Shown: piece by piece, positions 25,741 through 37,345 of the stretch | Position numbering within the stretch: the stretch's first letter is position 1 | Layout of the letters: each line of letters opens with the position of its first letter | Assembly: GCF_028641065.1 (NCBI RefSeq) | Contig: NC_073400.1 | Location: forward strand, 31,868,001-31,932,000 | Length of the DNA stretch: 64,000 nt | From: Leucoraja erinacea | Lineage: Eukaryota | Direction: 5' to 3' | Program-made: the position numbers and the translations under genes | Notes under the pieces: generated by a model | What the model was told of the DNA's origin: nothing | Databases searched by the model: none | What the model saw: the letters and a program-made list of their open reading frames with translations, nothing else

Positions 25741-26245
25741 GAGAGCCAGATAGGGTAGACAGTCAGAACCAATTTGCGCAGAGTGGAAATGCCAAAGACT
25801 AGAGGGCATCGCTTTAGGGTAGGAGGCTTTCAAGAGAGAGTTAGATAGAGCTCTTAAATATAGCGGAGTCAAGGGATATGGGGAGAAGGCAAGAATGGGG
25901 TACTGATTGTGGATGGCGGTGATCACAGTGAATGGCGGTGCTGGCTCGAAGGGCCGAATGGCCAACTCCTGCACCTATTGTCTATTGTCTATTGAGATAG
26001 GAAACATTTAAAGATGTGCTGGACACAGAGGGTGGTGGGTGCCTGGAACACGATGCTGTGGGTGGTGGAGGCAGATACAATAGTTCAGGGTCTTTATCTA
26101 AAAAATCTCATGGACATGCAGGGAATTGAGATTATGGATCAGGTGCAGGCAGAGGAGATTAGCTGAACTAGGCATCATGTTCAGCACGGACCATGTGGGC
26201 CGAAGGGCCTGTTCCTGTGCTGTTCCATGTTCTATGTTACATCAT

Positions 26246-26334
26246 CTTCTCAATCACATCTTGAGAAGAACATTTTTCCAGAGGTGCCCTGGTACCACCA
26301 GTGTGACATTCATTGTATCTGCTGCAGTCAATGA
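26246..26334 (+). pseudogene. Duplicated CBM14 relic (inverted unit)
   Basis: LNHILRRTFFQRCPGTT/fs/CDIHCICCSQ*. Further copies on the - strand at 29364-29451, 38820-38907 and 46025-46112. Confidence 0.55.
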
Positions 26335-27677
26335 GTGTGTTGTGTAGACAGCCAGAGGAGAAGATGGGATTTATGTGAAGTTTCATTTTGTAATCATTAT
26401 TTATTAATGTCATAGTGTAATAGAGTCATAGAGTGATACAGTGTGGAAACAGGCCCTTCGGCCCAACTTGCCCACACTGGCCAACATGTCCCAGCTACAC
26501 TAGTCTCACCTGCCTGTGTTTGGTTCATATCCCTCCAAATCTGACCTCTCCATGTACCTGACTCACTGTTCCTTAAACATTGGGATCTAAATGTTGCCTC
26601 ACCAACGCAAGATGACCTCCCAACCTCTATACTCCATACTGTGACTGATGAAGGCCAAAGTGCCAAAAGCCTTTTTGACCACCGTATCTACCTGCAACTG
26701 CATCTTCAAGGAACCATGTACCTTCACTCATAGATCCCTCTGCTCTACAACATTCCCCAGAGCTGGACTATTCACTGTGTAGGTCCTGCACATGCAAAAC
26801 CGCCTACTTTTGTGTCAAAGAAACATAGAAAATAGGTGCAGGAGTAGAGGCCATTCGGCCCATCGAGCCTGCACCGCCATTCAATATGATCATGGCTGAT
26901 CATCCAACTCAGTATCCTGTACCTGCCTTCTCTCCATACCCCCTGATCTCTTTAGCCACAAGGGCCACATCTAACTCCCTCTTAAATATAGTCTTTACTT
27001 TTGTCCCTGTTTTGTTCCTGACAACATTCCCCATTATTTTTGTTCCTGTTCTCAACATCTGCGGACTCCCATGATTTTCCACATGTTGTTCCGTCCCCGT
27101 GTGGTCATGGACAATGTTGGACACAGCTCATAGAAGCCGGCGATGTTGCCCGTAGTGAGCAAGAGTTGCACAAAGTTCACACCCAACTCAATGCGGGCGT
27201 ACAAAGAATCACTCACACCGGCTGTCTTCAAGAGAGTTTATTTCCATTAATGATACATTTACCGATGCAAGCACGATCTGTCCCATTGCACTACATTTGC
27301 CCCATATCCCCCTAAACCTTTCCCTGTCCCAAGTGTGTATTAAATATTGTTACAATTCCCACCCCACCAGACAGTTCTATAAACCCACCGCCCCCTGAGT
27401 GAAAATGTTGCCTCTCAGGTTCCTATTAAATCTTGCCCCACTAACCTTAAACTTATGTCCCCCTGGTTCTTGATTCCCGTACCCCAGGTAAAAGATGTTT
27501 TGTGTTCACCCCTCTATTCCCCACATGATGAATTAAGTGACTACAATATAGAATACTGTTGTTGGCCTAAGTGTGTGAAGTTTATAATGATGGATGTTAT
27601 TGTGTGTTTGTGCTGTCCTGCCACTGCCTGTTGCTTCTGTCACATGGGGGGGCCTGTGCTGGGTCAGTGTGAGGTTT

Positions 27678-28194
27678 TTACTTCATGACAGCTTGGAAGT
27701 TAGTCTACATTTATCTTTGCCCGTTTGCCAAGTGCAGGAATACATCCCAAACATCACTCTTCTGTAAACCCTTGATGACCAACGAGGCATACCGTGTCTC
27801 ATCCACGTTTGTTTCCTTGAACTTCCAGCGGCCGGCCCCCCCTGGATAATTGGCACCTTTCCCTATAGTAAACACGGCCAGTGTCTTCGTCCCTTTAGTC
27901 CAGGTGACCTCAAAAGTCTTGGGTCCATCCTTCCCTGTGGGTACTTTACAGGGTAGCGTAGTAGAACCACCCTGGCTTGTCTCTCTATCCGTGAATTGTA
28001 ACTTGGTCGAAGCTGATATAGCACCACATTGTGGAGTATCTTGTTTGTTGACTTGCCGAGGGGCCCGTGCGTTCCACCCGGGCAAGTTTGCTTCCTCTCT
28101 CCCATTCTCTGGAGATCGGACCTGTTCCAGTTGCGGAGACTTGCCACACCATCTCCACAAGGACCAGGAATCATATCCATCTCTGCAGCCCCTT
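27678..28194 (-). pseudogene. V-set Ig gene copy B, pseudogene
   Basis: Start ATG is changed to AAG (28194-28192), an early GGA is changed to TGA, and there are several indels. The V domain is still readable (QVNKQDTPQC...GGSTTLPCKVPTGKDGPKTFEVTW...GMYSCTW..DKCRL). Confidence 0.8.
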
Positions 28195-28774
28195 GTTCCT
28201 GTGGGTGAAACAATGGGTCACCTTATTGCAACTCAGTAGGATTCATGATGACATTCCCTGAACCCGCCCAGAGTTGGGGAATCGAGAACCAGAGGAAATC
28301 GGTTTAAGGCGAGGGGGGGGGGAAAGATTTCATGGGAAACTGAGGGGTGACTTTTTTACACAAAGGGTGGAGGAGTGTTTGGAACGAGCTGCCGAAGAGG
28401 TAGTTGAGGCAGGTACTATCACAATGATTAAGAAACAGTTAGACAGGTACATTGATAGGACAGGATTAGGGGGGTAAGGGCCAAACGCAGGCAGGTGGGT
28501 CTAGTATTGATGGGGGACACGTTGGTGGGCGCGGGCAAGTTGGGCCCGAAGGTCTCGCTGTGACTCTATGACTCCATCACTTGTCCCACCCCGGTCATTC
28601 CTCCTTCTCCCTGGTCCTGTCTAGCAGGAGGTACAGAAGCTTGAAAGCGCGCACCACCAGACTCAGGAACAGCTTCTTCCCCTCTGCTATCAGGCTTCTG
28701 AACTGGGGGAACAGTGAACAGAGACAATCCCACCCCCATCACTCACAGACACTTGAAGGATCCACAGGGTTGGT

Positions 28775-29085
28775 TACCAGCTCCGGAGTCTCCACACAGG
28801 GTGACGGGGTCGGTCTTGTTCTCATCTCCTGCCATCGCTCGCTCCTTTTATACCGACTCCCGGCTTCTCCTGCCCCTCATTGTCTGCCCTCACGTACATT
28901 CAACCAATCACTGCCTCCCACGGAGCATTGGCCGGAGTCAGCCGCGACCTCTCCACCCTCTGCCAAACGTGTCGTTGCATCAGCCGTTAACGTTTAACAA
29001 GAACAACGTCATCCCAGCTGCCAGCGGCCAACCAGGCGCCCCACACATCCTGCTTGTGTCTCCACCACGTCTCGTTCTGGTCAAC
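28775..29085 (-). promoter_or_regulatory. 5'-truncated promoter and exon 1 of pseudogene copy B
   Basis: TATA at 28845-28852 and ERSE at 28904-28922. Homology to the other promoters stops at about 29085 (inversion junction). Confidence 0.55.
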
Positions 29086-30787
29086 TCATCACAGTTGAGG
29101 CAGAAACTATCCCAACGTTTAAGAAACAGTTAGACAGGAACATGTAAAGGACAGGTTTGGAGGGATATGGACCAAACGTGGACAGGTGGGACTAGTGTAG
29201 CTGGGACATGTTGGCCAGTGTGGGCAAGTTGGGGCCGAAGGGCCTGTTTTCCATACTGTATCACTCTATGACTCTATTACACTATGACATTAAATAAATA
29301 ATGATTACAAAATGAAACTCCACATAAATCCCATCTTCTCCTCTGGCTGTCTACACAACACACTCATTGACTGCAGCAGATACAATGAATGTCACACTGG
29401 TGGTACCAGGGCACCTCTGGAAAATGTTCTTCTCAAGATGTGATTGAGAAGATGATGTAACATAGAACATGGAACAGCACAGGAACAGGCCCTTCGGCCC
29501 ACAAGGTCCGTGCTGAACATGATGCCAAGTTCAGCTAATCTCCTCTGCCTGCACCTGATCCATAATCTCAATTCCCTGCATGTCCATGAGATCTTTTAGA
29601 TAAAGACTCTGAACTATTGTATCTGCCTCCACCACCCACAGCATTGTGTTCCAGGCACCCACCACCCTCTGTGTCCCGCACATCTTTAAATTTTTCCTAT
29701 CTCAATGGACAATAGACAATAGGTGCAGGAGTTGGCCATTCGGCCCTTCGAGCCTGCACCGCCATTCACTGTGATCACCGCCATCCACAATCGGTACCCC
29801 ATTCTTGCCTTCTCCCCATATCCCTTGACTCCGCTATATTTAAGAGCTCTATTTAACTCTCTCTTGAAAGCCTCCTACCCTAAAGCGATGCCCCTCTAGT
29901 CTTTGGCATTTTCCACTCTGCGCAAATTGGTTCTGACTGTCTACCCTATCTGGCTCTCATTGAAACATAGAAACATAGAAATTAGGTGCAGGAGTAGGCC
30001 ATGGAACATGGAACAGTACAGCACAGTAACGATTGTAACTGCCTGCACTTGTATCTTTAAATGTTTCCTATCTCAATAGACAATAGACAATAGACAATAG
30101 GTGCAGGGGGAGGTCATTCGGCCCTTCGAGCCTGCACCGCCATTCAACATGATCATGGCTGATCATCCGACTCAGTATCCAGTACCTGCCTTCTCTCCAT
30201 ACCCCCTGATCCCTTTAGCCACAAGGGCCACATCTAACTCCTTCTTAAATAAAGCCAATGACTGGCCTCAAATATCTTCTGTGGCAGAGAATAGTGAGAT
30301 TAAACGAGTACTTACCAGTACGAAGTTTGATCTGTATTTTATGAGGAGTTACGATGAGGGATTACGTGAAGAACCCACCCAGTGCGCAGGCGCGGCATAC
30401 TTCCAAGCAGCGGTGTGGAATCACAGGTAGACACAATATTGAAGTAAAGATAGTAAAGATTAAAGAGACATCAGCTCGAGTTTGATCTATACAACGAGGG
30501 TGGGAGCGGAGGGCACGTAATCCCTCATCGTAACTCCTCATAAAATACAGATCAAACTTCGTACTGGTAAGTACTCGTTTAATCTCACTATTTTACTTCG
30601 GAGTCACGTGAGTGACTACGTGAAGACTTCAAAGGTCTGTGATTTCAAACCGTGTAACAGCTATATCACTCACTGCCGAAGTTCATCGAGGGAGGAAGTG
30701 GTATCTAAAGACCAACGAATTTGTTAGTTTTTTGAAAACAAAATTGTTTATTTAACAATAACAAAAATAGCTCCCCTGGGCTTTAAA

Positions 30788-31765
30788 TTATAAGTTTGCA
30801 GATTCTAAAATTTTGTCCGCAAACAAGTCCTTCTCCATCAGCGGTTTGTGGTAGAATTTTCGGAACGTTGATTCCCTTGACCATCCCGCTGTACTAAGGA
30901 TGTGGTCTATGGGAACCTGCATCCGTTCCGCCGCTGACGTGGACGCTGCCCTGGTAGAATGGGATTTTAAAACATCCGTGTTAATCCCCGCGGCTTTTAA
31001 GACCTGTTTCAACCACCTAGATATTGTCTGGCTGGTAACCCGTCCAAAAGGCTTTTTGTGGCTGACCCATAAGGCTTTTTCACTCCCTCTAAGCGTTTGG
31101 GTTGTGTCTACGTAGTTGTATAGATGGGTCACTACACACAGCCTAGGTTCTGGAGGATAGGCCCGGAAGATTAACGGAGAGTTGGGCATACCTGGCCTGC
31201 TTTGTTTTACCAACCCCGGCATGGTAAATGTAATGGAGTCTGGGGTGGTTACCATGTTGTCCAGTCTTAGTTGATGCAGTGACTGAACCCTTTGTGCAGA
31301 GACGAGCGCCATGAGCATGAGGGTCTTGAGAGTGGACTGCTCCAGACTCAAGGATCCCACCGGAGGCCAACCTCTAAGGTGTGACAAAACTACACTTACA
31401 TCCCATACATGGGTGTATCTGGGTGTAGGGGGTTTAGTATTATAAATCCCTTTGAGGAGTTTTATAACCAGAGGGTGGGATCCAATGCTGTGATGTCCTG
31501 TAGGCATAAGGTAAGCGGACAGGGCGCTCCGTGCTGCATTGATGGCACTGTAGCTCATCTTTTGGTCATGGTGCAAGTGGGCCAGGAATTCCAGCACGTC
31601 CGTGATCGAGGCTGTCTTGTATGATGTCCCTGCATCCAAGCAGTACTGCTCCCATTTCTTGATGTAGGTCAAGTACTGTTTCTTGGTAGAGACTCGCAGG
31701 GACGCCGACATGGTGGTGATTGTTCGTTCCGATAACCCCAATCCCTGGTAAGGCCTGTTCAGAAC
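30788..31765 (-). CDS. DIRS ORF3: tyrosine recombinase
   Basis: Catalytic-type residues in SAQRVQSL (R), LVKQSR (K), SHSTR (HxxR), AGW (W) and TFRKFY (Y). Confidence 0.92.
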   Translation of the reverse strand, partial: VLNRPYQGLGLSERTITTMSASLRVSTKKQYLTYIKKWEQYCLDAGTSYKTASITDVLEFLAHLHHDQKMSYSAINAARSALSAYLMPTGHHSIGSHPLVIKLLKGIYNTKPPTPRYTHVWDVSVVLSHLRGWPPVGSLSLEQSTLKTLMLMALVSAQRVQSLHQLRLDNMVTTPDSITFTMPGLVKQSRPGMPNSPLIFRAYPPEPRLCVVTHLYNYVDTTQTLRGSEKALWVSHKKPFGRVTSQTISRWLKQVLKAAGINTDVLKSHSTRAASTSAAERMQVPIDHILSTAGWSRESTFRKFYHKPLMEKDLFADKILESANL

Positions 31766-33698
31766 CTACAAACCAGGAGTTTCAATTTTTGATGGCATGG
31801 ATGGCTTATGCCGGATACCGGATGAGTCAATAGTTGTGGGTGGCTGTGAAAAACCATAGGTGACTCTACCACCATGTCGTGGAAAACTGGGAACCATGGT
31901 TGGGTAGGCCAGTCGGGTACGACCAGAATACCTGAAGCCGAGTCTGCTTGTATTTTCTGGAGTACCCGGCTGATGAGGCAGAAGGGAGGGAAAGCATAGA
32001 AGAAGAAATTTCCCCAATCCAGCGTGAAGGCATCTACCGCTGCTGCCTCTGGGTCTGGTTCCCAAGCCACATACATGGGTAGCTGGTGATTTAATCTAGA
32101 CGCAAACAAATCTATATCTGGCGTACCATATTGCTTAACAATTCTAGCAAATATTTTTGGGTCTAACATCCATTCGATGTTGTCATTGAATTTTCGTGAC
32201 CTGGTGTCCGCCACTGTGTTTAGCTTGCCTGGTAAATAGGCAGCTGATAGCCAAATATGTCTCTCGACACACCATTGCCAGATTATAGTAGTCAATTTGT
32301 CGCATGATACTGATTTTATGCCACCCATGTGCTGGATGTAAGACACCGCCGTCGTGTTATCAATCATTAACCTGACATGCACGTGCCTCATATCGGATGC
32401 ATATGCTTTTAGCCCATAAAAGGCGGCGAGCATCTCCAAATAATTTATGCCAAGTGATTGTAGTAGCGATGCCTCTGAATTAGTCCATCTGCCACCTGTG
32501 CTGGATATAGAGTTAGTAGCTCCCCAGCCTAAAGCACTGGCATCCGTTGTAATGGCTATGTTAGGATTGGTGACGGCGATAGGACTGTAACTGTGCCAAA
32601 TGTTATCCACCCACCACTGAAGTTCTGTTTTGGCTTCAGCGGGTAAGTCCATAGTTCGGTCATAATGCCCCCTACTTAGACGTAGTGCATGTGTCCTTGC
32701 TCTTTGTAAATTCTGATAATGCAAGGGCCATATTGTGCAGCTGGAAATGCTGCTACTATACTACCAATGACTCTGGCTACATGCCGGATCTTTGGTTGTG
32801 TTTTTGCGATTAAGTTGTTACAGGCTTCTGCTAATGCAGCCTTTTTGTCTCTTGGCAGAGTGACAGTCATACGGATAGTGTCGATAGTGAAGCCTAGATA
32901 GTCCATGTTAGTTGTTGGCTTCAATATTGATTTATCTGGGTGTAGAACAAATCCCAATGTTTCAAGGAGTTGTTTAGTAGCTAAGACTCCTGCGACAGCT
33001 AGTTCCCTTGTTCTCCCCAATATGAGAACATCATCCAGATAGGCCATGACTAAATGTTTTTGTTCTCTTAATTTTTTCATGGCCACTTTGAGAATTTTTG
33101 TAAATAATCTGGGAGCTGTCGTTAAACCATTGGGTAATGCTCTATACTGCCATAGTTGCCCCATCCAGATAAATTTCAGATATCTGAAATGATCCTTATG
33201 AATGGGTACTAAATAGTAAGCATCCTTAATATCTATGCTTGCCATGAAGTATCCCTTGGAGATCAGTTGTCTGGCAGTAACAAATGTCTCCATTTTGAAA
33301 TGTTGATACTCAACAGACTGATTTAGTGATGTCAAATCAATAATAATGCGACATCCACCATCTTTTTTGGTTTTGATAAATATATTCGATACAAATTCCA
33401 ATGGCTCGTGTCTGGCCCTCTCAATGACGCCTTTGGACACGAGCCTATCTAGTTCAGCTTGTCCTTCTACCTTCTCTAATTGTGTGGGAAGGAATACCCT
33501 TTGGGGTATGTGCTGAACCGGCGGTTCTATGCCTGGTTTAAATTCAATTTTGTATCCACTGATACTGTTGAGTATGAACTTGTTGTTAGTAAAGGAGCAC
33601 CAAACATGTTTGAAGAACCTTAAACGTCCTCCTGTTAATACAACACCCTTTGTCTGCGTATGTTGACAGGAACCAGACCCACCTACCTCCATGTTCAT
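31759..33698 (-). CDS. DIRS ORF2: reverse transcriptase - RNase H - N6-adenine methyltransferase-like domain (one frameshift near 32720)
   Basis: RT motifs SIDIKDAY, ALPNGLTTAPRLF and YLDD. RNase H motifs TTDASALGWG, INYLEMLA, IDNTTA and NTVADTRSR. MT motifs DIDLFAS and YAFPPF. Confidence 0.9.
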
Positions 33699-34963
33699 TT
33701 CTGGGAGCGTTTCCGATGGGTTTGGCCCGAGGGTGTCCTTGTTGGTGCTGTGGTGGGGCGACGTATCTTCCCACGGCTCCGCCCTGGGCCCCGCTCTAAA
33801 AAAGAGCTCTGGGGGTAGTGGGAAGCGGTCACCAGGCTTTCACCAGCTCGGTACCTGCTGGTGGATGCCGAGGCGTGCTGCCAACTGGGTGTCTTCACCC
33901 TGCTCGGTCCTGGCCCTGCCCTCATGAGGCCTACAGGCTTGGCCGCCTCTTCCAGCTCCTTGAGCCTTTTCGCCAAGTCGGCCCCGAATAGTAGTGCCTC
34001 CTTTTCTGGCGCCGGAGCTTTGCAAAGGCCCGCGTATTTGGGGTTGAGGGCAGGCCTGATGTTTACACGCCTTAAATTGTTGAGCTCATACTGCGTGTTA
34101 CACATTAGGGCCAGCACGTCCTGCTGAGGTGTAGAGAGCTCTGCGTTCCCCGTGGACCGAGCAAAGGCGGTAATGGCTGCGGTGTGGAGCTTCAGGATAC
34201 GCTGCATCTTCAGCTCTTGTGTCCTGATATGCTGTCCCAGCTGGCTCCATATCTGGCCGTTTACGGTCTTTACTCGGAGTGATTCACAGTTTTCCGGCGC
34301 TGTGTAAGTGTCAAGGGCCTCTTGTAAGATTTTCTCTTGCAATGGCTTATTGGAGAGCCTGTTGATACTGGCCGCCATTCTTGGCGCTAGCATCATTCCG
34401 GTCCTCGGGGGCGCCGCATACCTGCTGACTACACCCAGTAGCTCTTCTTCCTCCAGCTCGCCTGGCATGCTTGCGCTGTCGTCCGCCTGCCCTTGTGATA
34501 GGCCAGCCCAGTCCTGGCCTCCCTTACTGACCTCAAACAAGGAGGGAACAGAAGGGTGTGGTGATGGTTTGGTGGAGGCCAAAGCCCGTCCTCCTTGGAG
34601 ATGCCTTGCCTGCATCTCCTCCTCGAGCATCTGCTCGAGCAGCTGCCTTATGCAGCTTAAGCTGCCGTCTCCCCGTTTCGCCGGTGGAGAGTGTTCCCGT
34701 TCCTCCGACGAGTCGGAGGTCACCGGCCGGTCTGTTTTTCGGGTTGATTTTCTCCCTGTGCGGGGCGTCGCAATCGGCGGCACAGGGAGCGGCTCGGCGT
34801 CGGGTGTGCGGGAGCGTTCATACAGCTCCTCAGCCGCTGGTGGCTGCCGCCCAGATATTGACCCCTCCTCGGGTGGAGTTGGGCAGGCAGTCCTCCTTGT
34901 TGGTCGCTTTCGGGTAGCCATAGCTTTCTCCGTTAGCGACTCTCTGTAATACAAAAGACTCAC
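33695..34963 (-). CDS. DIRS ORF1 (gag-like)
   Basis: 422-aa open frame directly upstream of the RT ORF. Its stop overlaps the ORF2 start (ATGA). The true start may be the internal Met of MATRKRP. Confidence 0.75.
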   Translation of the reverse strand: MSLLYYRESLTEKAMATRKRPTRRTACPTPPEEGSISGRQPPAAEELYERSRTPDAEPLPVPPIATPRTGRKSTRKTDRPVTSDSSEEREHSPPAKRGDGSLSCIRQLLEQMLEEEMQARHLQGGRALASTKPSPHPSVPSLFEVSKGGQDWAGLSQGQADDSASMPGELEEEELLGVVSRYAAPPRTGMMLAPRMAASINRLSNKPLQEKILQEALDTYTAPENCESLRVKTVNGQIWSQLGQHIRTQELKMQRILKLHTAAITAFARSTGNAELSTPQQDVLALMCNTQYELNNLRRVNIRPALNPKYAGLCKAPAPEKEALLFGADLAKRLKELEEAAKPVGLMRAGPGPSRVKTPSWQHASASTSRYRAGESLVTASHYPQSSFLERGPGRSRGKIRRPTTAPTRTPSGQTHRKRSQK

Positions 34964-35899
34964 TTACCTGAGGTCTTGTCTTTATCCTGCCGCTGGAGAG
35001 CCTGGCTCCAGCTGCTGCCGCTGTTGCGCTGCTGACGTAATGTCGCGCCTGCGCACTGGGTGGGTTCTTCACGTAGTCACTCACGTGACTCCGAAGTAAA
35101 ATTCCACAGATTCACCACTCTCTGTGTGAAAAATGTTTTTCTCATCTCAGTCCTAAAAGATTTCCCCCTTGTCCTTAAACTGTGACCCCTTGTCCTGGAC
35201 TTCCCCAACATCGGGAACAACGTTCCTGCATCTAGCCTGTCCACCCCTTGAGAATTTTATTACCTTCTGTCAGGTCTCCGCTCAACATCTGAAGTTCTAG
35301 AGAAACCAATCCATGATTATCCAACCTGTCCATATAACTTGCTATTGAGGGAGTGCAACGTAGGTTCACCAGGTTAATACCCGGGATGGCGGGACTGACA
35401 TGTCAACTTCTTCTTTCGTGTGGCGTGCACAGCCTAAAGTTGTAGGACAACTTGTTCTATTTGATGTTTAAGTAGAAACTGCAGATACTGGAAAATCGAA
35501 GGTACACAAAAATGCTGGAGAAACTCAGCGGGTGCAGCAGCATCTATGGAACAAAGGAAATAGGCAACGTTTCGTCCCGAAGGTTCCTGGAGGTTGCAGG
35601 TGGTTGCCGGAGGTTGCAGGTAGTGGAAGCAGGTAGGGAGACAGACAAAAACCTTAGGGAACCGCACGGAAACCTTGGGTGGGGCGCAAAGTCTCCAGAG
35701 GTTTCCGTTCAGGTTTCCTAAGTGGGACAGGGGCATTAGTGCAACCTTGGACATTCCATAGACGTTCATCGTTGACCTCAGTGTCGTGTCGTGTTCAACA
35801 GCCTGATGGTTGTTGGGAAGGAAGAATTGATCCAACGCCATCCCAGCTGCCGGCTCAGATTGAGTATAAACTGTGGAACCAGCGCAGGTGCCAAGGGCT

Positions 35900-36251
35900 G
35901 TGGTGGTGACGTGGCGTGGCTGGGACATCTGGTCCGATGGGTTGACCAGAACGAGACGTGGTGGAGACACAAGCAGGATGTGTGGGGCGCCTGGTTGGCC
36001 GCTGGCAGCTGGGATGACGTTGTTCTTGTTAAAACGTTAACGGCTGATGCAACGACACGTTTGGCAGAGGGTGGAGAGGTCGCGGCTGACTCCGGCCAAT
36101 GCTCCGGGGGAGGCAGTGATTGGTTGAATGTACGTGAGGGCAGACAATGAGGGGCAGGAGAAGCCGGGAGTCGGTATAAAAGGAGCGAGCGATGGCAGGA
36201 GATGTGAACAAGACCGACCCCGTCACCCTGTGTGGAGACTCCGGAGCTGGT
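35900..36251 (+). promoter_or_regulatory. Promoter and non-coding exon 1 of V gene copy C
   Basis: TGACGTGG at 35907-35914, two CCAAT boxes, TATAAAAG at 36175-36182 and donor ctg|GTaacc at 36250. The ERSE is mutated in this copy (36105-36123). Confidence 0.65.
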
Positions 36252-36829
36252 AACCAACCCTGTGGATCCTTCAAGTGTCTGTGAGTGATGGGGGTGGGAT
36301 TGTCTCTGTTCACTGTTCCCCCAGTTCAGAAGCCTGATAGCAGAGGGGAAGAAGCTGTTCCTGAGTCTGGTGGTGCGCGCTTTCAAGCTTCTGTACCTTC
36401 TGCTAGACAGGACCAGGGAGAAGGAGGAATGACCGGGGTGGGACAAGTGATGGAGTCATAGAGTCACAGCGAGACCTTCGGCCCAACTTGCCCGCACCCA
36501 CCAACGTGTCCCCATCAATACTAGACCCACCTGCCTGCGTTTGGCCCTTACCCCTCTAATCCTGTCCTATCAATGTACCTGTCTAACTGATTCTTAATCA
36601 TTGTGATAGTACCTGCCCCAACTACCTCTTCCGGCAGCTCGTTCCAAACACCCTCCACCCTTTGTGTAAAAAAGTCACCCCTCAGTTTCACATGAAATCT
36701 TTCCCCCCCCCTCGCCTTAAACCGATGTCCTCTGGTTCTCGATTCCCCAACTCTGGGCGGGTTCAGGGAATGTCATCATGAATCCTACTGAGTTGCAATA
36801 AGGTGACCCATTGTTTCACCCACAGGAAC

Positions 36830-37345
36830 ATGGGACTGCAGAGATGGATAGGATTCATGGTCCTTGTGGAGATGGTGTGGCAAGTCTCCGCAACTGGAAC
36901 AGGTCCGATCTCCAGAGAATGGGGAGAGGAAGCAAACTTGCCCGGGTGGAACGCACGGGCCCCTCGACAAGTCAACAAACAAAGTTCTCCAGAATGCGGT
37001 GTTAGGCCAGCTGCGACCAAGATGAAATACACGGATGTGACGGCACGCAAGGGTGGTTCAGCTACGCTACCCTGTAAAGTACCCACAGGGAAGGATGGAC
37101 CCAAGAGTTTTGAGGTCACCTGGAGTAAAGGGAAGAGGACATTGGCCGTGTTTACTAAAGGGAAAGGTGCGACCTATCCAGGGGCTCCCGGCCGCTGGAC
37201 GTTCAAGGAAACAAAAGTGGATGTGAAACGGGATGCCACGTTGGTCATCACGGGTTTACAAGAGGCTGATATTGGGATGTATTCCTGCACTTGGATCACT
37301 GGCCAAGGGGAATGTAGACAAAATATCAAGCTGACAGTGAAGTGA
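36830..37345 (+). CDS. Secreted single V-set Ig-domain protein, copy C (171 aa: signal peptide, propeptide, RAPR, V domain)
   Basis: ATG follows a splice acceptor (cacccacAG|gaacATG). N-terminus is hydrophobic (MGLQRWIGFMVLVEMVWQVSA). V-set motifs: GGSATLPC, VTW, DATLVITGLQEADIGMYSC, KLTV*. No TM segment or C domain. Confidence 0.9.
   Translation: MGLQRWIGFMVLVEMVWQVSATGTGPISREWGEEANLPGWNARAPRQVNKQSSPECGVRPAATKMKYTDVTARKGGSATLPCKVPTGKDGPKSFEVTWSKGKRTLAVFTKGKGATYPGAPGRWTFKETKVDVKRDATLVITGLQEADIGMYSCTWITGQGECRQNIKLTVK

Larger units (their letters stand above)
30290..35102 (-). mobile_element. Full-length DIRS1-type tyrosine-recombinase retrotransposon (about 4.8 kb)
   Basis: Has gag-like, RT/RNaseH/methyltransferase and YR ORFs. 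Inverted terminal repeats at 30364-30394 and 35044-35074. The internal complementary region (about 30515-30627) matches both termini. It interrupts a CR1 fragment that is uninterrupted in paralogous units. Confidence 0.95.

Noticed and set aside
34308-34949. 213-aa + strand ORF inside the DIRS
   Set aside because: Antisense shadow of GC-rich gag ORF1; no motifs.
36803-36829. 180-aa ORF-track versions starting MTHCFTHRN
   Set aside because: The GTG start lies in the predicted intron upstream of the splice acceptor; the ATG 27 nt later begins the signal peptide.
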